Counted from the stretch's first letter, positions 1 through 14,603 are shown. The stretch is DNA of 64,000 nucleotides from Dictyostelium discoideum (GCA_000004695.1 CM000152.2:5184001-5248000), one strand, 5' to 3'. Notes: generated by a model not told the origin, from the letters alone. Made by a program: numbers and translations.

Positions 1-688
1 AAAAAAAAAAAAAATAACTTGATCAAAAAAAAAAATAATAATAACTTGATCAAAAAATAAAAAAATAAAAATAAATAAAAAAAATAATCAAGCTTTATCA
101 AAATTTTGATAAGTGTTGTTCAAGTCTTGTCTTTTTTTAAGATTACTATTTTTTGTAAAAAAATATCCAAACATTTTAAGAGATTGGTAAATGGTTAGCA
201 ATTTGATAGGTTTTGAAAAAAAAAAAAAAAAAAAAAAAAGAAAAGAAAAAAAAAAAATAAAAAATAATAAATTTTGTACATGTATGAAAATTTCTTAAAG
301 TATTTCGTACTTGTGTCTGAAAGTAGTGTTTTTAAATTAATTTTTTTTCTCTTTAAAAGAGTTTTTTTTTTTTTTTTTTTTTTTTTTCCACATTTCATTT
401 CACAATCTTATTTGTAAATACTAATTTTATTATATTTAAATTAATTTTATCTTTTAAAAATATTTTTTATTGATTTTTTTTTTTTTATTTTTCATTTTTA
501 TTATTTATTTATTTATTGAATATCTATTGATCATTAAGATCAAAAAAAAAAAATATTAAAAAAATAATAACAATAAATAATTAAAAAAAAAAAAAAAAAA
601 AAAAAATTGCAATATTAAATTAGTGTTTTTATTATTATTATTTTTATTATTATTATTATTATTATCATTATTTAATAAATTTATCAGA

Positions 689-787
689 ATGAATTTATTT
701 AGTTCTCTTTCAGGAAAAAGTTCAGGTAGAAGTGGTTCAAAAGGAAGTGCTAATCGTGGTGGTGTTGGTTATGGTTGGGGATCTTAA
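689..787 (+). CDS. Small Gly-rich peptide mini-ORF (32 aa): MNLFSSLSGKSSGRSGSKGSANRGGVGYGWGS. Putative.
   Basis: An isolated GC-richer island in a >2 kb AT desert. ATG in an A-rich context and TAA stop. Shares an NRGGVG motif and identical length with the ORF at 1447. Coding status unproven. Confidence 0.3.
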   Translation: MNLFSSLSGKSSGRSGSKGSANRGGVGYGWGS

Positions 788-1446
788 AAAAAAAAAAAAA
801 AATCAACCAATCAATCAAAAATTATTTTTCGAATAATTAAATAAATTTTTGGTTCACTATTTTAAAAAATATCTTTTTTTTTTTTTCTTAAAAAAAAAAG
901 AAAGAAAGATAAAAAAAAAATCTTTTTTGTAACAATAATATAATTATTTATTTTTTTTTTTTTTTCTCAACATTACTTTTTTTATTACTATTTCCCATTA
1001 TGAAGATCACAAAAAATTATTTTCAAATTTCGCACAATGTTTTATTTTTTTTTTATCAAAATATTATAAAAAAATAATAAAAAAAAATAAAAAAAAAAAA
1101 ATCGCATTCATGGGTTTTGCAAAATATTTTTTAAAATAAAAGCAAAAAAATAAAAAAAAAAAAAAACAGTGGAAAAATAAAAAAAAAAAAATCAAAATAA
1201 AATAAAAAAAAAACTCAATAGAATTTTTTTTTATTTTATTCACTTTATAATCCACAACAAAGAAGCTTCTTTGTAAATAATTTAATTTTCTTATTATGTA
1301 AATAGAAATTCTTTTTATTTATAATTAATTATTAGTATCAAAAACAAATAAAATAAATAAATTAACTTTTTTTCCAACTAAACTTCTCACTCAGATCTTT
1401 TTCTTTTTTTTTTTTAAAAAAAAAAACATAAACCAAAAAAAAAAAA

Positions 1447-1545
1447 ATGGGTTGGGGTTGGGGTAATTGGGGTTGGGGAACAGGTAACCGTGGTGGTGTA
1501 GGTGGCAACGGTAAAAAAGGTGGCCGTAAGGGATGGAGTTCATAA
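1447..1545 (+). CDS. Small Gly/Trp-rich peptide mini-ORF (32 aa): MGWGWGNWGWGTGNRGGVGGNGKKGGRKGWSS. Putative paralog of 689..787.
   Basis: The only other GC-containing island in the first 3 kb. Same strand, same length and same NRGGVG motif as the upstream mini-ORF. The aatcgtggtggtgttggt / aaccgtggtggtgtaggt nucleotide similarity suggests tandem paralogs. Confidence 0.3.
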   Translation: MGWGWGNWGWGTGNRGGVGGNGKKGGRKGWSS

Positions 1546-1667
1546 TCAATTTCTTATTTAATACAACAACAACAATAATTAAACAAAAACTATTTACTTT
1601 TTATTTCAAATATAAATAAAATAACATTGCTTAATTTTCTCTCAAATGATATTATTAATATCCTTTT

Positions 1668-1712
<45 letters not shown>

Positions 1713-3231
1713 GGTGTTTGTGTTTTTTTTTTTTAAAAAATAAAGTCAACCATATATTTAATAAATAAATAAATGTTTTATTTTCATTTTTTTTATTTAT
1801 TTTTGATATGACATTCAATGTTTTTTCCATTTTTTTTTTTTTTTTTTGAATGGTCTTAATTTTGCTTTTTTTTGATTGAATGTGTTTAATTCTTGAAGTG
1901 GTTTGTTTTGGTAAATTTACACTTTGATTATTTGTTTTTTTGATTTTTTTTTTTGATTTTTTTTTTTTATGATTATTTTTATTACTATCAATTTCAAATA
2001 TATGTGAAATAATTAACTGTTTAATAAATAATATCATTTTTTTTTTTTTATTTTATTTTTTTTTATAAATTTCACACACTCACAAAATAAAATTTTATTA
2101 ATTAAATCTCAAGGTTTATGATTGCCCCATTTTTTAAAATTAACCACCAAAGGCTATTTTTGTAAAAAAAAAAAAAAAAAAAAAATAAAATAAAAAAAGA
2201 CAAAATAATAATATCTTTGTAATAGATAAACAACCTTATTTTAATTTCCTTTATATTTTTTTTTTTTTTTTATTATTTTTTTTAAATTTTTTAATTTTAT
2301 GTTTAAAATAAATAAATAAAAAAAAGAAAAAAAAAAAAAAACCAACAATAATTATTTTTTTAATTAATTAACTATTACATTCCAACTTTTTAATATTTGT
2401 TGTCATTGGTAAGTATTTTTTTTTTTATTTTTTTATTTTTTTATTTTTTTATTTTTTATTTTTTATTTATTTATTTTATTTTTTTTTTTTTTTATTAGTT
2501 TTTTAATTCTATTTATATTTATTTTATTTGTTTTTTTTTTTTTTTTCATAAAAAAAAAAATAAAAACAAAACACGTTAAAAAAAAAAAAATAAAAATAAA
2601 AAAAAACAATAAGTGTAACTCATCATCATACAAGTTAATGAGATTATTTTTAAAATCCAAATGGTGTAAACCATTTTGGTTCTGATTCTTAAAAAAAAAA
2701 AAAATTAAAAAAATTAATAAAATTAAAAAAAATTAAAAAAAATCCCACTTCCCACACCATTGCCTTTATGAAATAAATGAATTTTTTTTATTTATTTTTT
2801 TTTTATTTATTTATTTTTTTTTAAATTTTATTTGTTTTTTATTCTTTGAATTTATAACCATTATTTATAAATAAATAAAAGAGAAAAAAAAAAAAAAAAA
2901 AAAGTGAGATAAAGATATATTTTTTAGAACCGGTTAAACAAATTATTTTTTTTATTTTTTTTTTATTTTTTTTTTTTTATTATTTTTTTTTTTTTGGAAA
3001 AATAAAAATTTTTTATTTTTTTATTTTTTTTTTTTTTTTTTTTTTATTATTTATTTTTTTTCTTATCTCAATCATATTATTATAAAAACTTTTTTTTTTT
3101 TATTTTTATTTTTTTTATTTTTTTTTTTTTGGGTAAGGCCAATTTTTAGTTTTTTTAAAAAAAATAAAAATAAAATTTTATATTTTATTTTGTTGACAAT
3201 AAAATTGTTTGATATCTATAGGAATATTACT

Positions 3232-3263
<32 letters not shown>

Positions 3264-3340
3264 CTTAAATAACAGTTGTTATCATTTGTATTTGTAATAT
3301 TAATAATAATAATAATAAAAATAATAATAATAAAAATAAC

Positions 3341-3380
<40 letters not shown>

Positions 3381-3667
3381 CAATTATTGTAAAATCATCG
3401 ATAATCAATCAACTTATATTACCGACCTCACCTCATTTTCGATTATATCAAATCAACTATTTCGACTTAGTTTTTTTTTTTCATCCGAACCATCTTTCTT
3501 TTTTTCACACCCCCCAATTATTTGTAGCATAAAAAAAATAAAAAATAAAAAAAAAAGGTAATTATAATCATGGTTTAATTTATTGTTGTAGTCAATCACA
3601 CTTCATTTCGTCCCACCAAACTTTTTTTTTTGTTTTTTAATTAATTAAATTTTTTGATCCAACGAAA

Positions 3668-3670
3668 TTT

Positions 3671-3720
<50 letters not shown>
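3668..3720. repeat. Poly(A) homopolymer of ~53 nt
   Basis: Seen directly in the sequence. Typical of dictyostelid intergenic DNA. Confidence 0.95.
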
Positions 3721-3724
<4 letters not shown>

Positions 3725-3925
3725 AAAATTATCGACAATTCGGAAGGCAAAAAAAATGAAAAATTAAGAAAATAATAAAAAAAATAAAAGATAATAGTGG
3801 AAGTAAAAAATTAAATATATAAATGGAAATAAAATAAAATAAAATATAGTAAATCCCTTTTTTTTTCTTTGCCAGATATATTCTTCCTTTAATTATGTAT
3901 TCAATAAATATTAAATATTATTTAA

Positions 3926-3956
<31 letters not shown>

Positions 3957-4470
3957 TTTATTTTTATTTTTATTTTTTATTACATTTATAATTATAAATT
4001 TTCACAGTCACACAATATGTGTGATGATACCAAATCGAATAAACCCACACCCTCAACACACTTTTTTTTTTTTTCATTTGGAAAAAGAGAAATAATATAA
4101 AATAAAATAAAATAAAATAAAAGAATAAAATAAAATAAGTAAGATAAAATAAGTAAAATAAATAATAAAAATAAAATAAAATAAAATCATATAAAATTTA
4201 TATATCTTTTTTTTTTTTTTTTTTTTTTTGATTTTTTTTATTTTTTATTTTTTTTTTTTAATTCAAAGATCTTTTTTAAAAAATTATTGAAAAAATTATT
4301 TGTTTTTTTTTTTTTTTATTTTAAAAAATTTTCTTTTTATTTTTATTTTTTTTATTTTTTTATTTTTTTATTTTTTATATTATTCATTTATTGCATGTTA
4401 CCTTTATTTTATTTTTTAAATACTTAGGACAAAATAATAAAAAAAAAATAAAAAAATAAAAAATAAAAAA

Positions 4471-4553
<83 letters not shown>

Positions 4554-5110
4554 TTTTATACATTTCATTAATATATTTAGATAAATATTCATTTATTTAT
4601 AAAAAAATAAGAGGTATGTAATTTATCACATTCAAATTGTATAATATAAAAAAAAAAAAACACCACCTTTATTTGTTTAATTTTTCTTTTTTTTTTTTTT
4701 TTCTCACCAATTCAAACCAAAAAAAAATTATTATCTAAAATACGAAGAAGAAAATATTAGATAACTATTTTTATTTTATTTTTTCTTTTTTTTTTTTTTT
4801 TTTTTTTTGAAATATTAGATAAAAACTATTTCCCCCCACTACCACCATTTTTTTTTAATATTTTCACAAAAAACACTACCACACTCACACCAAATTCGAA
4901 TTTTTGAATTACTTTGATAAATACTACCTTAATAAATTTATTTGTCTAAACAACACCCACTCACTCAATCGTATTCTTAATTATTAAAAAATAAACATTG
5001 TGTTTCATTCAATTAGAGAAAAAAATAAAAATAAAAAATAATAAAATAAAAAAATAAAAAAAATAATATCTAGTAATAAGATATTCTTTTCTATTTATTA
5101 TCTAAACAAT

Positions 5111-5154
<44 letters not shown>

Positions 5155-6181
5155 GGATGGATACTTTATAAATAAATAACAACTTCCCCTTATATAAATA
5201 ATAAAAATAATAATAATAATAAAAAAATAATAAATATAATAATAATAATAATTCAATTATATTATTGTTTTATTATTTTTATTTTTATTTTTTTATTTTT
5301 ATTTTTTTTTTTTATTTTTTTTTTTTTTTCAAAAAAAAATAAAAAATAAAAAAAATAAAAAAAAATAATAAAGGTACACACACTTTACTCCTACAAAACT
5401 ACATTTGGAAAACCAAAAAAAAAAAAAATATCTAAGAATTTTTTTTTTTAAAAAAAAATATTTTATTTTTATTTTTATTTTTATTTTTTTTCAAAAAAAT
5501 TTGTTCTCTCTTTCTTTTTTTTTTTTTTCTTTGTCTTTTTTTTTTTTATTTTATTTTTTTTTTTCACATCATCATCAACCGGAATAAAAAAAAAAAAAAA
5601 TTATATATATATTATTTTTAATTTTAACGCACACCTTCCAAACACACACATACACTTAAATTTTTTTTTTTTTTTTAATATTCCAGTACAATTTTTTTTT
5701 TTTTTAAATTAAAACTTTTTTTATTAAATACTTTTAATTTTTTAAATCTAGAATCCATTTAAATTAAAAAAAAAAAAAAAAAAAAACTTCCAAATTTGTA
5801 CAGGGTTTTTTTAAAAAAAAAAAAAAAAATCAAATTTTTTTATTTTTTTTTAACTTCACCCAATCGACCAACAACAATTTACCAAACTAAAATCACATTT
5901 CACAACACTAACTAAAAAAAAAAAAAAAATCAAATTTTTAAAAAAAAAAAAAATTTTAAAAAAACATATCAATATTTTTATAATAATTATAATAATATCA
6001 ACCAACCAATTTTTTCTTTTTTTTTTTTTTCACTCACTTTTGATCACAACTCAAAAACACTTCAATCTTTTTATAAAAATTTTTATTATTTTTTTATTTT
6101 TTTTACTCAAATAACTTCATAAAATCTCCGCAAAAAAAAATTTAAAAAAACCAAATAAAATTTTTTTTTTTTTTTTAAAAA

Positions 6182-6573
6182 ATGGAATCAAAAGTTGGAT
6201 ATAAACCTATGGTTGATTTTAATAACAACAATAATAATAATAATAATAATAACAACAACAATATGAAACCTGAAGATGCAAACGCTGCCATCGATAATTC
6301 AAATGCCAATGCCAATAGCAATGTAAATGGATACTATTCTTCACCAAGTTCAAATTATTCACATTCTCCAAGATCACCAACATCATCAACAGTTGTAGCT
6401 CAATCAGCCAATGAAGATCACCAACAACCACAACCACCACAACAACAGCAACCACCACAACAACACCAATCCTCACAACCGATGCAAGAAAGTAAACCAA
6501 TCCAAACTCACATACAACACTTAACTGCAAATTCAACTAGTCCACAACAACAACAACAACAACAACAACAACC

Positions 6574-6642
<69 letters not shown>

Positions 6643-7457
6643 TCATCAACAATCACATAACAATAATTTTAATAATAATAATAATAATAATAACAATAGT
6701 AATAATAATAATAATAATAATCAACCATTATCACCACAAAAAATTGAAATTATTAGATCTGACACAACTCAAAATAGCCACTACACAAAATCATCATCAC
6801 CACCAACTCAAGTCACCTCTCCTTCAATATCATCTGCCACAACTCCAACAAATATGTCACCACCACATTCTGACTTGAATAATAATCAAAATAATAATCA
6901 AAATAATAATAATAATAATAATATTAATGTAAAATCATCAAGAGATGAAGGATCTTCATCGTCATCAAAGAGAAGAGAATCTGAAAATGGTAGCAGAGGT
7001 GGAGAAAGTGGTAGCACTTCATCAAGAGATAGAGAACGTGACCGTGATCGTGAAAGAGAACGTGAACGTGAAAGAGATCGTGAACGTGAAAGAGAACGTG
7101 GAAGAGATAGAAGTGATAGAAATGATAGAGGTGATAGAAATGATCACAATAATAATAACAACAACAACAATAATAACAATATCAATAATAATGATGACAG
7201 ATATAACAATAGTAATAACAACAATAGTAATAACAATTTTAATAATAATAATAATAACAACAACATCAACAACAACAACAATAATAATAATAGTGGAAGT
7301 GGCAATAGTGGTGGTAGTGTAAGTAATAATGACAGAGATCGTTCAATCAATGATAGAAGATCTGATGGTCGTAGAAATGTTGGCGGTAATGGTTCACCAG
7401 CTGGTTCATCACCTTCTTTACAATCAATGAATTCAATAATATCATCAAATAAAAAGG

Positions 7458-7488
<31 letters not shown>

Positions 7489-7569
7489 TATTAATAATAT
7501 TAACAACAGCAATAGCAACAATAATTACAATAATAGTAATAATAATAATAATTCAAACTCACAACAACC

Positions 7570-7616
<47 letters not shown>

Positions 7617-8638
7617 TTCAACAACAACAACAATATATTCGTGAACTCCAACAATCGTTGGATAGTCAAACCAAAAATAATCAAGTACTTTCCGATAAGA
7701 TTCGTGATCTTGATGATACATTAAACAAAAAGACAGTGTTATTGTCAAAGTATAGAAAAGCCTTACTCAAGTTTTTCGAAGATCGTGAGGTAGAGGGAGA
7801 AACTGGCTTTGACAATTCTAGTGAAAGATCACTCTCTAGATCGCCATCACGTGAACGTTCTAGATCCCATTCAAGATCACGTTCAAGATCACGTTCAAGA
7901 TCCCATTCTAGATCCATTTCACGTAGTAGATCATCATCACCAATGAATTATGGTAACAATGGTAACAATAACAATGGCTATCAAAGTAGTAACAATAGTA
8001 ATAAATCTTCCTCTTACAATTCACCAGAGAAAGGTGAACTAAAGAGAAAGAGTGGTGGTGACGATGGAAAGGATGTAAAAAGAAGAAAAACTGGTTCAAG
8101 AAGAAATACCCTCTGGACTACCGAAGATGATGAGAAATTCGCTGAAGCTTACAATAAATATGGTAAAAGTTGGAAAACTATTCATAGTCATTTACCTGAT
8201 AAAACTAGAGAACAAGTTCAAAGTCATGGTCAATATTTAATTAGAATTGGTAAATTACAAGATCTTCATAAAGATGGTAGAAGAACTAGACATATAAAAC
8301 CTGATCTTGGATTAGGTAATAATAATAATAATAGCAATAGTAATAGCAATAATAACAATAACAATAACAATAATAATAGTGGTGGAGGTAATAATCATCA
8401 CCATTCATCTCATCATAACCATCATTCACCATCTCACCATAATGATAATAAACACCATCACCATCATAACAACAACAACAATAATAACAATAATAATAAT
8501 AACCACAACAATAATTTAAACATTTTAAATAATTTAACAAATAACAATCATAATAACAATAATAATTATGATTACGATTCCCCACAATCTCAACTTGACT
8601 CACCAAGAGACGATATCGATGATGAAATTTTAATTTAA
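6182..8638 (+). CDS. SHAQKYF-class Myb-like (SANT) DNA-binding protein with polyN/polyQ tracts, an RD/RE dipeptide-repeat region and an RS domain. 818 aa, apparently single exon.
   Basis: Continuous 818-aa ORF with AAAAATGG start context. The Myb repeat LWTTEDDEKFAEAYNKYGKSWKTIHSHLPDKTREQVQSHGQYLIRIGK resembles the CCA1/RVE SHAQKYF class. There is an RDRERDRDRERERERERDRERERERGRDR block and an RSLSRSPSRERSRSHSRSRSRSRSRSHSRSISRSRS RS domain. A CA-rich leader lies upstream at 5560-6180. Confidence 0.8.
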
Positions 8639-8640
8639 AC

Positions 8641-8679
<39 letters not shown>

Positions 8680-8772
8680 AAATCAAAAAAAAAAAATAAA
8701 AAAAATATGGAAATCAAAAAAATATTAATAATAACAAATTATTATTTTATTCTATTTTTATTATTAAACAAT

Positions 8773-8969
<197 letters not shown>

Positions 8970-8993
8970 TCAACAAAAACAAAATATCTTTAC

Positions 8994-9029
<36 letters not shown>

Positions 9030-9202
9030 TTAAAACTAAAAAAAAAAAAAAAAAAAAAAAAAAACAATAAACAAAACAAATATTATATGTACTCTATTTT
9101 ACAAGTTTTATTTTTTTTATTTATTTATTATTTTAAATTATTTATTATTATTTTGAATATAAAATAACAAAATTTTGTTTCTTTTTTTTTTTTTTTTTTT
9201 TT

Positions 9203-9814
9203 TTAACTTAAATAAAGCCATTGAGGTGCATTATTATATGTAACTAAATCAGTATCAAAAAGTTCTATAAATTGTTCATTTAATAATTTCACTTTACTTC
9301 CTGCAAATCTTCTATACTCTTCAAAGATTGATGTTAAATTCCAACGTTGTAACTTTCTTAAACAACCAACTACAGTACCTGTTCTATGTCTACCTAAATT
9401 ACACATAATATGAAGTGGATAATTATCTGGATTCAATATAATCTTTAATGCTGAAATTACAATCTCTTCTGATATTGGATTCCAAGGATTTTGATGAGTA
9501 TCCATACCTAAATGTATTAATTCTATATCTTGATCTTCTACAAAATTTTGACTATATTTATTTATTATTATTAGAAAATATATCTATTATTAATGGCAGG
9601 GTATTATTCGATCCACAAAGAAGAGTGATTATTCTTTTTTTTTTTTTTTAAATTTAACTTACAATTGTTGTGAAGGATCATCAGGGGCAAGAAATATAAT
9701 CTTTTTTAATTGTAATTTTTCTAAAAATGGGAAATTTAATTCGTTTGGTTGACCTGATCTATATAAATCATCTGCTACCATACCAAAATTAAGTGGTGGA
9801 ATATGATGTGCCAT
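9203..9814 (-). CDS. Siw14/PFA-DSP family tyrosine-phosphatase-fold protein (inositol pyrophosphate phosphatase type), ~166 aa. CDS = complement(join(9203..9551,9663..9814)).
   Basis: Exon 1 encodes MAHHIPPLNFGMVADDLYRSGQPNELNFPFLEKLQLKKIIFLAPDDPSQQ. Exon 2 contains the CX5R catalytic loop HIMCNLGRHRTGTVVGCLRKLQRWNLTSIFEEYRRFAG. Donor GTAAGT after codon phase 2, acceptor TATAG. The (TGTA)n tract at 9823-9847 lies just upstream of the ATG. Confidence 0.8.
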
Positions 9815-10262
9815 CTTTTATATTATATGTGTATGTATGTATGTATGTATCCCAATATCTCAAGGTTGGAAATAATAAAAAAAAATAAAAAAAAATGAAA
9901 AAAAAAAATAAAAAAATAAAAAAATGAAAAAAAAAAAAAATAAAATTAAATTGTTAGTTTTGGAAAAAAATCAAAAAAAATCAAAAAAAAATATATATAT
10001 GTATATAATTTTGATGACTAAATATAGGTTGTCAATAATCCATTTTATTTTATTTTATTTTTGGAACTCTAAACAAAAATGGATTAATAAATAAAAATAA
10101 ATAAATAAAAAAAAATTTTTTTTTAAAAATATTAAAACAATTATAGTAAATAAAATTAGAAAAATTATTATTCCTTAATAAAAAAAATACAATATTGTTT
10201 TTTAATGAACAACCACGCATCATATCTTTGTGTGCAAATTAAAAAAATAAAAAAAATTAAAT

Positions 10263-10304
<42 letters not shown>

Positions 10305-10622
10305 CAATAGTTTTTCAAAAAGTTTTTTGATTTTTTTATTTTATTTTATTTTTTTTTTTTTTTTATTGTTGGATATATAACTAAAAACAAAAACAAAAAC
10401 TAAAAAAAAAAAAAAAAAATAAAAAATAAAGAAAAAGTAAAAGAAAAAAAAAAAAAAAAAAAAAAAATAGAAATAAATCCAATAGATATAGATATATATT
10501 TATATTTTTATTCTTAAATAGAGAATTACACAGAATTTTAAGCAAGATAGATATAAAAAGCGAGAAAGGAATTATATATAAAAATATAAATATATCAATA
10601 TAATAACAATAATAATAATAAA

Positions 10623-12378
10623 ATGTCATCAAAGTTAAGAGATTTAATTAAAACAGTTAGAAGCTGTAAAACAGCAGCAGAAGAACGTTCACAAATTGCC
10701 AAAGAATCAGCATTGATTCGTACAGCAATGAAAGAAGAAGATCTTGAATCAAGACAAAGAAATGTTGCAAAATTATTATACATTCATATGTTGGGTTATC
10801 CAACACAATTTGGTCAAATGGAATGTTTAAAATTGATTGTTTCACCATCATATGCAGATAAAAGAATTGGTTATTTAGGTCTTATGTTATTATTAGATGA
10901 AAAACAAGAAGTTTTATTATTAGCAACAAATTGTATTAGAGGGTAAGTTTATAATTTTTTATTTTTTTAAAATTATAAAAAAAAAAAAAAAATATTTATT
11001 CATTTAATTTATTAATTTAAAAAAATTATAAAAAAAAAAAAAAGTGATATTATGAATTCAAATCAATTTATTGTTGGTGTATCATTATGTGCATTTGGTA
11101 ATATTTGTTCAACAGCAATGGCAAGAGATATTTCACCAGAGATAGAGAAAGTTATATCACATAGTAATCCATACATTAGAAAGAAAGCAGCACTTTGTGC
11201 AATTAGAGTATTAAGAAAGGTACCAGATTTAACAGAGAATTATATACCAAAGATTAAAGCATTATTATCAGAAAGAAATCATGCTGTCATATTGACAGCT
11301 TTGACATTGATCATAGAGATCTGTGAAATGGATTCAACACAAATCATACACTTCAAAAAGATGGTACCACAATTGGTTAGAATTTTAAAGAGTTTGACAT
11401 CCTCTGGTTATTTACCAGAGCATGATATTGGTGGTGTCACCGATCCATTCCTTCAAGTGAAGATCTTACGTCTCTTACGTATTCTTGGTCAAAATGATCC
11501 AGAGGCATCCGATGCTATGAATGATATTTTAGCTCAAGTTTCAACCAATACCGATAGCACAAAGAATGTTGGTAATGCAATTCTCTACGAATGCGTTCAA
11601 ACTATTATGACCATCGAATCAGAGAATGGTCTCAAGGTTATGGCTATCAATATTTTGGGTAGATTCTTATTGAATCGTGATAACAACATTCGTTATGTCG
11701 CTTTGAATACCTTGTCACGTGTGGTAAACACTGACATTCAAGCAGTGCAAAGACATAGAAACACCATCGTCGAGTGTCTTAAGGATCCAGATGTATCCAT
11801 TCGTTGTAGAGCTTTGGATCTCATCTATTCTTTGGTGACCGAGTCAAATATTCGTGTGTTGGTTAGAGAATTGTTAAACTTTTTATTGATCGCCGATGCT
11901 CAATTCAAATCAGAGTTGGTCGCTAAACTTTGCATCGTCACCGAGAAATATGCACCAAATAAGAGATGGCAAATCGATACTATCCTCAGAGTTATGTCAA
12001 TCGCTGGTAATTTCATTCCAGATGAAGTCCCTTCCAATCTCATTCAACTCATCTCCTCAACACCGGAACTATCAAGTTATGCAGTTCAAAAATTATATTT
12101 AGCATTGAAACAAGATATCACTCAACAACCATTAACTCAAGTTGGTCTTTGGTGTATTGGTGAATATGGTGATCTCTTGGTTGCCGATAAATCTCAACTT
12201 CCAAAAGATGAGGATGGTCTCTCTTTAAATGTCTCTGAACAAGCTGTCATTGATATTATCGATTTAATCTTTAGACATGCTACAACAACTCAAGCTACTC
12301 GTCAATATTCTTTAACTTCTTTAGCTAAATTATCTTCAAGATTTTCACAATCATCTTTACAGTAAGTTTTTTATTTTG

Positions 12379-12410
<32 letters not shown>

Positions 12411-12965
12411 AATTTCTAATCTTTTACTTTTTTTTTTTTTTTTTAATAAAGACGTATTAAAACAATGATTGATAATTATAAACAAAATATTAATTTAGAA
12501 TTACAACAACGTGCATGTGAATATTCAACATTATTTGATTTCGATAAGAAGGCATCAATTTTAGATAGAATGCCACCAATTGAAAAACAAGAAGAATCAC
12601 CACATATCGGTAATAAAAATATTCCAACTCAAACTCCACCACAACAACATTATCAACAACAACAACAACAACCACAACAACAATCATCTCAATTTGGCTC
12701 AATTTTGGATGGTCTCGATTCACCAACTCAATCATCTGCCAATAGTGGTAATAATAATAATAATAATAATAAACAAGGTGGTAATGCTATGTCACTTTTA
12801 GAGGATATCTTTGGTTCAGCACCAACTCCAACTTCAAATGGTAATATGAATAATAATAATAATATGAATAATATGAATAATAATATGAATAATAATTATG
12901 CTATGGGAGGTATGGGTATGAATAATAATAATAATAATAGTATGGGAGGTATGATGAACAATAAC

Positions 12966-13011
<46 letters not shown>

Positions 13012-13502
13012 CACAAGCATCAGCACTTTTAGATATTATGGGTGATTTACAATTAACACCAACACCACAACAACCACAATCACAATCACAACAAGCATTA
13101 TCACCAACCAACCAAACATCTGTATTACAACCAGTACCACAACCACTCACATTTTTAGTATATCAAAAACATGGATTAAATATTTCATATGAATGCAGCA
13201 AACCACAACCAAATAACCTTTCACTTACCAATATCAATATGGTCATTACAAATACTGGATCATCACCAATCACCAATTTCTCTTTACAAGCAGCTGTACC
13301 AAAATATTTAAAGATTCAATTACTTGCACCATCTTCAACCGTAATTCCACCAAATAATTCTGGTGAAGTTACTCAAGTTTCAAAGGTACTCAATTCACAA
13401 CAGGGTCAAAAACCAATTCTTCTTCGTCTTAAATTAGATTTCCAAATTAATGGTCAACCATTCTCTGATGTTCCCGATACACCATTGCCATCTTTATTCT
13501 AA
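10623..13502 (+). CDS. ap1g1: AP-1 complex gamma subunit (gamma-adaptin), ~895 aa. CDS = join(10623..10942,11045..12361,12452..13502).
   Basis: The N-terminus [28 protein letters not shown]...[26 protein letters not shown] is a near-textbook gamma-adaptin trunk. The splice GG|GTAAGT ... AAG|T restores [14 protein letters not shown] (cf. TNCIKNDLNHSTQF). The second intron CA|GTAAGT ... AAAG|A gives ...[14 protein letters not shown]. The hinge is poly-N/Q and the C-terminus is an ear domain. Confidence 0.9.
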
Positions 13503-13512
13503 AAAACTAATA

Positions 13513-13558
<46 letters not shown>

Positions 13559-13888
13559 AAAATAAGAAACAGAAAAAGAAATAATAAAAAAAAACAATTT
13601 ATACAAATAAACTTTCTTAAAGATTTATTTTTTTATTTTTTTTTAAGAATTTTATAAATACACATAAAAAAAAAAAAAAAAAAAAAAAAAATAAAAAAAT
13701 AAAAAAAAAGAGATAGTTTATTTTAATTTGACCTTAAAATTTAATATCCAAAAAAATTTTTTTTTCCAGGATTATTAAATAAACAACAAAATAAAATAAA
13801 ATAATTATTATTATTTTAAATATCTTAATAATTAAAATAAATCTTATTTTTTATGATAAATAAAATTTTAGTAATTTTGGTAGGAAAA

Positions 13889-13921
<33 letters not shown>

Positions 13922-14572
13922 AAAGAAAAAAAAGAAAAGATAAAAAGAAATTTTATTTTATTTTATTTTATTTATTTTAGTTTTTAATATAAATCTTTGA
14001 TATTTTTTAAAGAGTTTCGATGATTGGCTAAAAGGATATCTTTTTTTTTAATTCAATGGTTGAAAAAAAAAAAATTGAAAAAAAAAAAATAAATCTTAAA
14101 CATAGTGATTAAAATTGGCCAGGTAAAATCCAATATTAATACTTCGTACGAAAAATAGAGGAAAAGGAGAGAAGGCTAGTTGGACGATGCAAATATTGAA
14201 AATAATCAAACCCTCTTGAAAGCCCCAATAATTTTATTGATTGGTTATTAATTTAAAAATTTTGTGTTTTGTGAGTTGTCAAAGATTTGTAGTGAAATCG
14301 GGGCTATTTTATTATTTTTTTTCTGAAAAATATGGTCCAATGAGCCATATAAAAAATCTGAATTTAATTTCATAAAGTATTAAAAACACGAGATATTTTA
14401 TAATATTGTTGATTGGTTGACCAAAGGCTCCTATTACTTTGATGATTTCATTTAAATTATTAAAATTAATATTAAATTCTTAATTGGAGATTAATAAAGT
14501 TGGCTCACACAAGGCCATTTTTCAAATCATCAACATTGAACATTACCCTTCACAAAAAAGTGTTATGAAAAT

Positions 14573-14603
<31 letters not shown>

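Noticed and set aside
195-2660. Lys/Phe-rich ORFs (195..398, 1064..1255, 1642..2037, 2463..2660)
   Set aside because: Translations of A/T homopolymer-rich intergenic DNA (poly-K/poly-F). No GC island and no plausible protein composition.
6219-8642. Several antisense or alternate-frame ORFs inside the Myb gene (poly-V, poly-L, Cys/Tyr-rich)
   Set aside because: Generated by (CAA)n/(AAT)n/(CGT GAA)n repeats of the real gene read in other frames or on the other strand.
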